Shown: positions 24,560 through 35,345 of the stretch, piece by piece
Layout of the letters: each line of letters begins with the position of its first letter
Position numbering within the stretch: position 1 is the first letter of the stretch
Assembly (NCBI RefSeq): GCF_009834535.1
Contig: NC_045710.1
Coordinates: 4,154,001-4,218,000 of the forward strand
Reading direction: 5' to 3'
DNA from: Camelus ferus
Lineage: Eukaryota
Length of the DNA stretch: 64,000 nt
Notes under the pieces: generated by a model
Seen by the model: only the letters and a program-made list of their open reading frames with translations
Told to the model about the DNA's origin: nothing
Databases searched by the model: none
Made by a program: the position numbers and the translations under genes

Positions 24560-25475
24560 TAAAATAATAATAATAAAGGTGAATTCATGGTGCAGGGAGA
24601 TGTTCCAAATGAAAATGGACTCAGGGAGGTGAGAAGTGTCGATTCCACTGCACCCCAGATCGCTGAGTGACCCCCCAAATCACTGAAGTGTTCTGGTCCC
24701 TTTGGCTCCAGGTCAGTTTATGGTGCTTGTTTAAATTGTCTGGAAGGCTCCGACCGATCCAAAAATTGCTTGAATTTGTGTCAGTTGTTTTCTAACAGCG
24801 GAAATTACACTTGCTTTAGGCTAAGTTGCTCAGTCATTAACTGGCCGGGGAGGGGGCTGGATTCACCCCCCAGCCCCGGCCCCGAACGCAGATTTCCCTT
24901 CCTTCACCCCAGTGTCGATTCCAGCTGAAATTCACTAACTTCCCCCCCTGGCGTGAGCTCCGATAGGTCCGGTTCTCCCCCTCACACCACTCACATGCCC
25001 AGGTCACATGTCATCCTGTCTTCCCTCCTCTGTGTGTTCTCAGAATCACCGCACAGCCTCTTCCTGAGTGGCAGGTACCCTCCCCGCCCCCAGTTTGATC
25101 TGATCAGTAACTGTTTTAACAAAAGCTTCTCTTGCTGGGTTGCTGAGGTTCCCGAGCTGGGTGCGTGGTGGGTGGGAGGCGTCTTCCACATCCCCATCAC
25201 AGGGGTGGAGGGAAGGATGGAGACGGTGGATTACTGGCCATTCTGAGTGTGGACATGAATATTACCATCCGTGTGGGAAAGGTATCACCCACAGACCCAG
25301 GTCGGAGACCTCTGGCCAGAACTTCTCAGGGGATCCAGACGAGGACTGTAAAACCCCGGCCCCTCTGGGGTCACTTGGCTTCCCCCAGGGCCCCAGTTTC
25401 AGCCGGAGGTGATCCCCGCTGGGGTGGTGGTGGAGGCCACGAGGGGGCTGACGGCCTGTGCTGCTCTCGTTTCAG

Positions 25476-25486
25476 ACTGCTCTACC
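25476..25486 (+). other. RNF144A: 5'UTR part of the first coding exon of RNF144A
   Basis: Acceptor ctgctctcgtttcag ends at 25475, followed by actgctctacc|ATG. A at -3 gives a good Kozak context. Confidence 0.85.
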
Positions 25487-25621
25487 ATGACCACAGCGCG
25501 GTACCGGCCCACGTGGGACCTGGCCCTCGACCCGCTGGTGTCCTGCAAGCTGTGTCTCGGGGAGTACCCGGTGGAGCAGATGACCACCATAGCCCAGTGC
25601 CAGTGCGTCTTCTGTACCCTG
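25487..25621 (+). CDS. RNF144A: RNF144A coding exon 1 (aa 1-45, start of RING1)
   Basis: Translates MTTARYRPTWDLALDPLVSCKLCLGEYPVEQMTTIAQCQCVFCTL, the recognisable RNF144A N-terminus. 135 nt, donor CTG|gtgggt, phase 0. Confidence 0.98.
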
Positions 25622-25914
25622 GTGGGTCTCGGAGAAAAGCATCGGTTTAAACTGATTTCGGGATGAGCCCTTTGCGGTTGGTCACGTTTGGCAACACCAC
25701 GCAACCCTCCGCCCGTCCTCTTGCCTGGAGAGGGCGCCCCTTTGTGATGCGTGTACGCAGTAATGGGAGGGATTCTCTTTGCCAGTCGGGCTCCCCAGGC
25801 AGGTTCTGTTGCAGGTGTCTTTGGTGCATAAGTGATCAGTTAAACAATTTTGGAAGCTAGTAACGTAGTTTAGAACTCACGTTTTAGGGGAAGATGATTT
25901 TTATTTTACTTATT

Positions 25915-26060
25915 TAAAAAATTCTTTTTATTGAAGTATAGTTGATTTACAATGTTTGTTGCAGGTGTGCAGCAAAGCAATTCAGTTATACATTTACATG
26001 CATTTTTTTAATATTCTTTTCCATTGTCTGTTATTACAAGAAATTGAATATAGTTTCCTG
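25915..26060 (-). mobile_element. Short L1 3'-end fragment
   Basis: tttttattgaagtatagttgatttacaatg...attacaagaaattgaatatagtt matches the other L1 3' ends. Confidence 0.75.
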
Positions 26061-26149
26061 TTGTGGTGTATTTTTAATTTTTATTATTTATTTATTTATT
26101 TTTAACTGTTTTGTGCAACAATTTTATTTTTAATTTTTATTTATTATTT

Positions 26150-26267
26150 ATCTTTTTTGGGGGGAGGTAATTAGATTATTCATTTTTGTTTTAGTGGAGG
26201 TATGAGGGATTGAATGCAGGACCTCAGATATGCTGGGCACTCTACCACTGAGCTACACCCTCACCCT
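26150..26267 (-). mobile_element. tRNA-derived SINE (vic-1-like)
   Basis: gggggaggtaattag...ggattgaatgcaggacctc...ctctaccactgagctacaccctc. Confidence 0.8.
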
Positions 26268-26279
26268 CCTTATTTATTT

Positions 26280-26510
26280 TTTTAATTTTATTTTTTATTG
26301 AAGTATAGTTGATTAACAATGTTAGTTTCAGATGTACAGCAAAGTGATTCAGTTATACGTATATATGCCTGTGTGTGTGTATATATATGTATATATTATA
26401 TATACACAATTTTCAGATTCTTTTCCATTATATATTATTATAAGAAATTGAATATAGTTCTCTGTGCGACACAGTAGGTCCTTATTGTCTACCTGTTTTG
26501 TATATGGTAA
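26280..26510 (-). mobile_element. Short L1 3'-end fragment with (TG)/(TA) microsatellite
   Basis: ttttttattgaagtatagttgattaacaatg...cagtaggtccttattgtctacc. Confidence 0.78.
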
Positions 26511-27583
26511 TGCCCATCGTAGAAGCAACTCACTTTAAGTTCAATTGAGCGATTACGGCCGCGTGTTAACCGCATACTGTCCTGTAGTCCATGTTAGCTT
26601 TCACTGGTTTGGTGCTAAACTGGAAAATATGCATCTTGAAATCACGTTTGAATTTCCTGAAGATGCAGTGAACATTGTCTGGGGGCCAAATGACCTGCTC
26701 TCCATGCGTACAGGGAGGGACTTCCGTTTGCATCAGGCCTAACTCAGACCCAACATTTTACCCATCAGAAAAAAAAAATGAGAGTATAGGATTTATTTTA
26801 AGGTTGTCTCATTTAGTTTTACTTGATTTTTCTTCCCATTCAAAGAATACAGAGAAAGTCCAGGAAAAAATATTTTCCACAAACTATAAAAAAATTAAAA
26901 GAGTAGTTCCTGAATAGAAGTGTTGTTATAAATGGACCATCTGGACGACCTGTCTGTGTGTTGTTCAGAGTCTGATTAGATTCTGTGCCCCGACAGTCTC
27001 CTCCTGATTTTCAGAGACTTCTTCCTTCCTGCCCAAACTTTGCAACCTTTTTCTACTTGTCTCCTGGTCTCCTTGGGACATGGGCACGTCCCATACCCTC
27101 ATCTGCATTTATCAGGTAAGGAGACAGAGCTTTGCAGGCATTTAAGTCTGCATCTCCCTTTATGCTAGACTCTGGCTTTCCGAAGGCAGAATTCTGTCCC
27201 CCAAACACCTGGTTCACTGCAGGACCCACGACAGATACTCAGTCAAGGCTGCTGGGTCAGCCTCAGCAGCGGGCTTGGCAGCCAGGAAATGTGCCTCATT
27301 AAAGCCCCAGGAGAGCAGCTTGATCTGGAGCACAGGACATGGCTTTGGGCATTTTCTGAGGTGGGGAAGGATGGGAGGGACAGAGCCCCCGGGGGCGGTG
27401 GGCGGGTGAGCCTGCAGCTGTGCACACGGTTGGACTTCTCAGTTCTAGAGGACCAGCCGGGATGGTCTAGCAAGTGGGGCAGGATTAAACAATTCCCATC
27501 GTGGAAAAGTGCCTCCTTCATGCCTGAAGGGAAGTTTCCCCCGCAGTCAACCAGGCGGATGGATTCCCTTCCGCAGGTGTGCC

Positions 27584-28004
27584 TGTTAAGGAAATGACAG
27601 GCCAGCAAGAAGCAAGCACCACTCGGAGGGCTGGAGTACTCAGATTTATTACACCGGCGGGCTCAGAGGGGCTTCTGCTCCGAAGCTCTGAGCACCTCCA
27701 AGACGTGCGCATGAGGTTTTATAGGGTAAAGTACAAGCTTGGGGTATTCGGCCAACAGGCATGGAACAGCTTTAGCAGCAGCATCATCACAAAAGTAGAG
27801 GCAGGGAGGCAGCAAACCAACATTTCAAGGCCAGATACGTCTCTTTGAGAATCCAGCTGGCTTGCAAAAAAAAACATGAGCAGAGAATGAGAAAACCGAC
27901 ACTTATTAACTTAGATTTACGAGTTAGCCCAGCAGAACGCAGATCAGTCATCCGACACTTGCTGCACTTAGATTTACTAGGAGTCCCGCCCAGCTTTTCC
28001 CTCA
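27584..28004 (-). mobile_element. Solo ERV LTR (copy B), same family as copy A
   Basis: TG...CA termini. About 94% identical to copy A over the first ~155 nt by eye, with a divergent middle. Minus-strand TATAAAA at 27717-27723 and AATAAA at 27645-27650. Flanks tgtgcc / catgcc are a decayed 6-bp TSD. Confidence 0.82.
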
Positions 28005-30989
28005 CATGCCTGTGGGCGAGCTGACTCCCCGCTGTCCCCTCTGAGCTGTCGCGGGAGAGGGGTGGCCTCTCGAGGCCAGGGCTTGTCCTTTCCCCGCCTG
28101 GTTTCACGCAGCCTTTCATTTACTGTTGTCCTTGTTTTGGTTTCTATTTCTAGAGGATCGGAGTAAAAGTAAATAAGCATGGCCAATTCGGATCAAACGC
28201 TTGATTTAAGTCAGGGACTGTGAAGAGGAAAATAACCCTGTTTTCTCAAAGAGGGGTGGCTGGGTGCTCCAAATGCAGGTGTGATTTTTTTTTCACAACC
28301 ATTTATTAAAAAATAAGATGTTGAGACCGGGCTGCTTGCATCTGTAACCCGCAGCAGTGGGAAGCACAGGAAACACCTGTGGGGTTCAGGCGGGGGAGGC
28401 GCCCCTGCACTTCTGCCACCTGCCCTCCCCTCTGTGTCGGCCTCAGGGCCCCCAGCCTGGGCAGAGGCACGGCCCAGGGTCAGCAGATCGCCACTGTCCT
28501 TTTCCTGGGGTCAGACCTGGGAAGGAGACACCGTTGCCGACCCGGCCGCCCTCCCGAGCCTCATGTGGATCGTGGAGCCAAATGTGATTCACCCCGAGGT
28601 TCACGTGGAGCAGCGTGTGACAAGGACATGCCACGTGGCCAGCATTCTGCAGGCCCAGACCCTCCTCCTCTTGCTTCTAACTTTGGGCTCAGAGCCGCAG
28701 GAACCAAAAAGAGCTTCGGGGAGACTTCCCCAGGTGTGTGTCCAGAGGAACATTTGTTCTCGAGGATGCACTCAAACGATCCTTGTGGTTCAGTGGCTTT
28801 GCTGAACCCCGCATGCCATGGGCCTCTCTGTACCCCCACCAGGACCCTCCAGGTGCCCAAGAGCAGGAAGAAAACCCCAAGAAATCACGCTGGGGACAGC
28901 GTTGATTTCACCTGCATCTCCCCAGATTACTCGAGCATGAGAAATGTCAGCCTATCATTACTGATGTGGCAAAATGCTGACACGTGTTCCGAGGCGTTTC
29001 CCTTGCTTATTGGGCGCCTGTTGGCTTTAGGGTGAGTTCAGAGGTCATGGAGGTCGTGCACTGGGGTCAGTGGGGAGGAAGAGTGGTGCCCCAGTCTGAG
29101 GGTCTCCGTGACTGCAGGGACCCTCCGAGCCATGAGCGCGTTCCAGGTGTGACGCTACGTTTCAGGGGCCTGGGCGTGTGACAGCTACCTGGTAGCGCCA
29201 ACAGTCAAGTTTTGGCTGAGAGTGAAAACAAAACTTTAAAGGGCCGAATTTAAACATGCAGATTTGTGTGCAAAAATACAGTGTTAAATTCAACCAACAC
29301 CTTCTTTGCAGAAGTACTGGGAGGAGAGAAAGGGTTGCTGGCACTTATGTCAAAGTGAGCTGAGCGCCTCCAGGGAGAGCCAGTCCCATTTCCAGTGTGT
29401 CAGTCTGTGACACTGACCCGTGTGTATGGTGGCCTGGGAGGTCCCCCGTGCTCCAGAGTCTGAAATGTGCAAGATGTTTTATGCTTAATTGAAACATATC
29501 CAGGCCATCGTGGTCTCCCTGTACTTGAAGCATTCTGCAGCGTTAAAATGTTTATGTGGTTTTATTGCTGACAAAGTAGTGTCCAGCCTGAAGCTCCCAT
29601 CATTGGAAGGGATCTCCTGATTCCAAAGTTTGAGGAGCCTTGGGGCTCAAAGACATGAGGCACTGTGGCTCCCCCGTCAAGAAATGGGTCCCCAGGGATC
29701 AGGAGGGTGAAACGTCTGTTTTTCAAGACCCAGAACTTCACCTTAGTTACGTTTTCTCACCCAGAAACTCTGCTGGTGAGGAGATGGGCCTCCACTTCCT
29801 TGTCTTTCCAGCCCCGTCAGCTTTGCATTTTGTAAAACAGCCCAGCGGGGATGTTAGTCACTTCCGTTCTCTGGCCCTTATCAGATGCCCGTCTGTGCCG
29901 AGTGCCCTGGGCACCTCAGGGGGGTGAAGGATCCCCAGGCAGGGGAGAGGTGGGTCTAGGTGGCTGTATTTGGGGTGGAAAGAGCGGTATTTGCAGTATA
30001 AACAGAGGGATGACTGCCGGGAGGCGGGAGCCGTGAGTTCCACCCGCAGGCTTTAGGGAAACATTTGAAGAAAGCGTGATGGATGGAGCCATCAGAGTGG
30101 GGCAGGCGAAGGAGAGGGTGCCGTGTGATGGGGCCGGAATGGGAGGGTTTTGCTGAGGTTCCCACAGTGACATAATTGGCAGGAACCAGAAGGGCACCAG
30201 GCCAGAAAGGTGGGGCTGCGGAGCGGTGCTTGAGTGGTGATGTGCCGAGGGAAGGGCCTGGGGCCGTGCACCTCCTGTGTGAGGCTGGAGCCACCCGAGG
30301 AGCAGAAAGCTTTGGGTCTAGAAGGTGCCTGTCCTGGATTTGGCTTCTTAGATGAGGAAAGGCAGGCTTGCAGGGGGGCTGGCTTGAGGTCCGGGGCTGA
30401 GAACGCATCACCGGGCTGGGCTCCAGCTGCCACAGTGACAGCAGCGTAGGGACCGAGCTGTCAGGCCCTTACTGTGTCCCCGAGGGCAGAGCTGCTCCCC
30501 CTCAGGTCCTCCACCAGCACAGCCCACAGGCACCACCCACACGCTGTTCATTTTTATCCCTGGGTTTAGGGTCAGTGAAAGAGTGGCGTCTGCTGATTGA
30601 CGGTGACGCGCTGACGCCCGTCCACGCTGCCTCGCTTCCCGTAAATCCTGGGAAGTGGGCGGGCGGCTCCGTCTCATAAACGGGCCACTGCAGCCCAGAA
30701 AGGGGAGGAGCGCTCTGGAGCATCCGCTGGGTGTGCCTCGACTCCCGTGCACTTGGTTTTTGCAACGAAACCTGATGCTTCTCTTTTAACCATGTGTAAG
30801 GATACACTGAGTCCTGGGATCGGCTCTGCTGAGAAACTTAGCAAAGGGCTGAAGGGCGGCCGGGAGGCATTTGCAAGTTAGGCCCTCGGTCACAGGCACC
30901 AGGCTTCCTTCTCACGCCCCTGGATCCCAGCACCTTCCTACCTAGGAAGGACACTAGGGACCTTCTTTCTCTCTCTTTGTTTTGTGTAC

Positions 30990-31088
30990 TTTATTTTTTC
31001 TTTGTTTTTTTAGTGGAGGTACTGGGGATTGAACCCAGGACCTCGTGCATGTTCAGCACATGCTCTGACACTGAGCTAGACCCTCCCC
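30990..31088 (-). mobile_element. tRNA-derived SINE (vic-1-like)
   Basis: gaggtactggggattgaacccaggacctcgtgcatg...cactgagctagaccctcccc with a T-rich tail. Confidence 0.88.
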
Positions 31089-33260
31089 AATGCACTTGAC
31101 TCTGAATCCGACCTCCCTGTTCTCTCCCAGGAGGCCCTTCTAGGTCCTGTTGCAGTTGGGGTCCTGGAACCCTGCCCCAGTTTTGCCAGGATACCCAGAT
31201 AGGTAGTCTTCTCAGCTTCCCCAGCCCCTTCTCAAACATGAGATAAAAAACAAACACAGCTCTTGGATTCTCCCTTTGACGGGACGATCTGCAGGGGTTG
31301 GGATGGAGACAGCCCAGCCTGAGGAGGCTGGATGGACAGTGTCTGGCTGTTAGAATGAACCCGCAGTGTCCCCAATTATGAGCAGTCGCACACATCTCAC
31401 TTCGTCACCCCCAAACCCTACACACATCGAATACTTGCAGCCCCTTCTCTCACGTGCCTTCTTAAATTCACACACACCCCGGCACACACATGGGTGCCGC
31501 ACGCCCGCACACAGAAACACATTCCACGTCCAGGAAGAGTCCTCCGCAGGATGCGTGGTCCTCTACTTCTGGTCCCCTAGACTGTCAGGGCGGAGTGAGT
31601 GCGTGTTTGTCGAGTGGATGCAGCAGAAGTCCCTCGTGTTCCTGACACCTGGCACTCAGGCTCCACGCATGAACCCCTCCTGCCACAACCGCCTCTGTCC
31701 TGCCTTCCTTCGGGAGGTGTTGATAGTGAGGTGTGGTTTGGTTGAATGCTCACGCTTGGTCCTCCATGACTTTGGAGCAGAGAGGCCGTCCTCCTCACGG
31801 CAGTTCTCTGGCAGCTTGTTTGGAAGCACGAGGGTGAGGAGCGCATCCTCCCTGCAGAGGAGGGGATGGCGCCTTATCCCCGAATCTCCCCTTCTAGGCA
31901 GCTCGGCTTGGGAGGAGGGGGCGGGTGGTCCCTGGTCTCTGTGCAGGAGCAGAAAGCATAGTGTCACCTTCAGTCCCTTCCTGTGGGGCTGCAGACGGGC
32001 AGACCCATGGGCAGGCCCAGCCCAGTACTCAGAGGGCTCCCCAGGTCACCAGAGCTGGGCCCTGAGTCACCTTCAGGGCTCCCTAACGGTTGTCTTCTGT
32101 TCCCCTCCGGGCCTCCCACTGTGCCTAGCTCCCCGGTACAGTCATCGTCAAATCCTGCTGGTGGTCACCTTGACCGCCGCCCGGTTCTCAGAACAGGGCA
32201 TTTCATTCAAGAACAGAGAGCAGTCCTGTGTTTTATCAGTGGGAGTGACCACACAGGCAGGGCTTTCCAGGAAAGGTCCATTTCAAGGCTGATTTTTTTT
32301 TAAGATCTTGGCGAAGCTGCCGGCCACGTGGAGGCCGTGCCCAGTTCCCCACCCAAAGCCGGGAAGACCCAGAGCCCTGACTGGGAACCGTTGTCTTGAA
32401 CCATTTAACTGGTCTCCTGCTCCATCAGGTCCACCTTCACATGCAGAGACCAGTTCTTAAAAAGCAGCCCTTTTGATGATGTAAACCCACTCCAGGCACG
32501 CTGTGAACCCAAGGCCTCTGCGAAGGACAGCCCGCTGCCCAGCTGGGCCCCGGGTGCTTTCTGGTCTCTTTGGTGTCTGCAGCCTGCCAGCACCACGTTC
32601 TCTTCTTCTCCACACATTACATGTTGTCAAGCCCGCACCCCATCTCCTGGTGTTTCTCTGCCTTGGGTGGACCCAGCACCGGGATGGGTAACTTTCTCTC
32701 TGTGGGAAGAGACTAAGAAAGCAGCGTCTGGAGCCAGCTCTGGCTCATCTGTCTCTTTGCATTGATTGTGGTGAAGGGAGGTCCCCCCAGGTCCTCCCGC
32801 CTCGCACCCCCTCACAAAATCAGTGCCTACCAGCTGAGTCGACCTGAAAATCCCAAGCAGGTGGCAAACTCACAGCTGAGGACTTCCCCCTTGCTGCCCT
32901 TGAAGGACAGCTTTGAACACCAGACCACTCAGCCCGCATCTTTGCGCGTCTGCAGTCACAAGCCCCTGGGTGAGGGCCGTTGCGGGCGACAGAGGCTATG
33001 AGGGGCATCGCCTCCACCCTGTCTGCATGTGGGGTCAGGGCTGCATTGGCTCTCTCCGGGGCGTCAGACACGAGGCTGCAGGTCAGGGGTTCCACGGAAG
33101 GGGTGAGGCTCCTGCCCGAGCAAGTGCCTATGGCCGCCTCAGTTTGAACTCAAGGCTGGAAGGGGTCTTGGTGGCAGGACTTCCACATGGGCAGAATTGG
33201 GCTGATGGGCACAATAAGGTGGAAGCAGCCGGAACTAGTACCATTGAGAACCTACTTTGT

Positions 33261-33385
33261 TTTTTATTTTTGTTTATTTTTTTATACTGTTTTATTTTTA
33301 TTTTTTAAAGGAGGTACTGGGGATGGAACCCGGGGCCTCGTGCATGCTAAGCACATGCTCCCCCACTGAGCTGCACCCTCCCCCC
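33261..33385 (-). mobile_element. tRNA-derived SINE (vic-1-like)
   Basis: gaggtactggggatggaacccggggcctcgtgcatgctaagcacatgctcccccactgagctgcaccctcccc. TSD-like gaacctactttgt / gaccctgctttgt. Confidence 0.88.
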
Positions 33386-33779
33386 AGACCCTGCTTTGTA
33401 CGGGTCCAATTTAATCCTTCCAGCAAGGACACTGCCTGCAAGGAAGGTCATTGTGCTTGTGCTGTGCTTGGCTCGGTTCCAGTCTTAGAACCTTGAGGGA
33501 AAGGCCCAAGGATTCTCGGGGAGCAGAGCGCCGAGGTTCCCTGGGGCAAGGCTGACCGAGGGGCCTCCTGTCTCCCTGCTGCTCCTGGTCTTAGCAAAGC
33601 CCCGGGCTCCGAGAGCGCAGGGGAGGTGAATCCAGGAGACAGGGGATCCGATCCGGAGGTTTAGCAAGGGCAGAGCACCGAGTACATGTAGATGAGAGCT
33701 TTTTTCTTTTTTTTTTTTTTTGGTAGAAAGAAAGTTTGAAATTTTTTTTCTTTGGAAAATTTTACAAAAGAGGCCTTCA

Positions 33780-34110
33780 CGATTTGGACTCCCAGCGCTG
33801 GGTAAAGTCACGTCCCCGCAGCCCGGGCAGGAGCGCCCCTGCCAGCGCGCAGCACGGGGCTTGCTGGGTGGCCTGCTCAGCCTCCCAGGCTTGGCGTGAA
33901 GCATCCTCGCCAGGCGGCGCCCGCGCCCACGGCTCCAGCATCCCAGCGGCCGGCTCAGCGAGGAAGGGCTCGGCCTCCCCCGCTGCCGAGGGGCCCGGGA
34001 TGCGGTCTCCGCTCCTCTGCCGGGAGGCAGGGTGTCCGTGTCCGTGCGGGGTCGGCTTGTGCTGCCTGCCGCCCCCGCAGCTCCCCAGCCAGCAGCGTCT
34101 GTCTCTCCCT
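33780..34110. promoter_or_regulatory. Intragenic CpG-island-like segment
   Basis: Visibly dense CpG/GC (gcccgggc, gccagcgcgc, ggcggcgcccgcgccc, gcggccggc), not repeat-derived, next to poly(T) tracts. CpG obs/exp was not computed. Confidence 0.45.
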
Positions 34111-35234
34111 GCGGTGCTGTTAATCCCTTGCTGGTTACCAGCACTCAGTCAGGCACAGGGACTGGAAAGATAAATAAACAGTTCTTACTTTCAAAGAGTC
34201 TGCCGTCTCACCGAGGGGAAATGTAAGCAGACCTGGGTTACTGAAGCTGTGGGAACGCCAGGCACAGCACATGGTGTGGGTGTGACAATGGGCTGGAGCG
34301 CTGTGGCCTCCGGGCACCGAGCTGTCGCGGCGGCATCATCTGCCAGGCTTGTCTCATCCCGCGCCGTGGGGGATGGGGGTCAGAGAGGTGCAGGCAGCAC
34401 TCTGGTTCAGGAAGTTCACGCCACACACCTGGCAGGCAGGTAAGCTGACATTCAGACCTAGGGCCCCGCTTCCAGCTCCTTGATCTTTGAATGCTGTTCC
34501 CGGGGTCCCTCCGCAGTTGTTTGGACCTGCCTGCACGTAACAGTGGTAAACAGAGGACCCCTGATAAGCAGGAGCTACTCGGGCATCTCTGAGCACAGTT
34601 TCTGGAAGTTTCTCCAGCTGTTACCATCATCAGTAGCCGGCAGGCCTCCGGGGGAGAAAACAGACGAAATTCAGACTTGCTGCTGTTTTCCGGCAGGCAG
34701 ACGTGTTTCGTGGCCCCCTTCTCCTTGGCAGGAAGCTTCCGACACAACGGAGCTACCTTGGCAGACCAACCGTGCTGCCCCTGCATCTTTGGGCCCGGGT
34801 TTCAAAGAGTTGGACGGCAAAATGGAAAATGGAAGGCCAGGAACATTCTGCGGCTCTGGACACCTCCCTGCCTTCTCCTGCCCCTGGTGCAGCTGATGCC
34901 GCTTTCCTGGGGTGCCTTGTCCCTCTGGGCAGCTTTCCAGCTCCGTGGCGCCTTCCTGGCCTGCCCCGCCCTCCTCCAGGGGGACCCCCCAGAGCGTCAG
35001 CACAGCGTGTCATCAGGATCTGCACCCGCCTCTTTTCCCACAGTGGGGGTCTTGATGTCGTGGACGGTCTTGGCATCCAGGAATCTGGGAAAGACACACT
35101 CTGGGTTGCCTCAGACTTCGCTAGTTTAAAGTGCAAACAATTCTTTTTTTTTTTTACCTTGAGTTACTTGGTCAGATATAACTGTGTGATGATTGACTTT
35201 GTTGTTCAGTCAGCTCTTTAAGAGGCATCCTAAT

Positions 35235-35345
35235 TTTTTTTTTTATTGAAGCACAGTCCGTGACAGTGTGTGAATTTCTGGTGCACAGCACAGTGTCCCC
35301 GTCATGCACATACCTACAGATACTCATCTTCAGTTCTTTGTGCTA
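35235..35345 (-). mobile_element. Very short L1 3'-end fragment
   Basis: ttttttttattgaagcacag...tttctggtgcacagcacagtg, a diverged match to the other copies. Confidence 0.55.

Noticed and set aside
24153-28004. A single provirus (5' and 3' LTR) that captured a host exon
   Set aside because: Each LTR has its own TSD. There is no tRNA primer-binding site next to LTR-B and no polypurine tract next to LTR-A, the U3 middles differ, and there is no gag/pol/env remnant between them.
31366-32292. Longest ORF in the track (308 aa, + strand)
   Set aside because: No recognisable domain or splice structure, and the composition is typical of chance ORFs in GC-rich intron.
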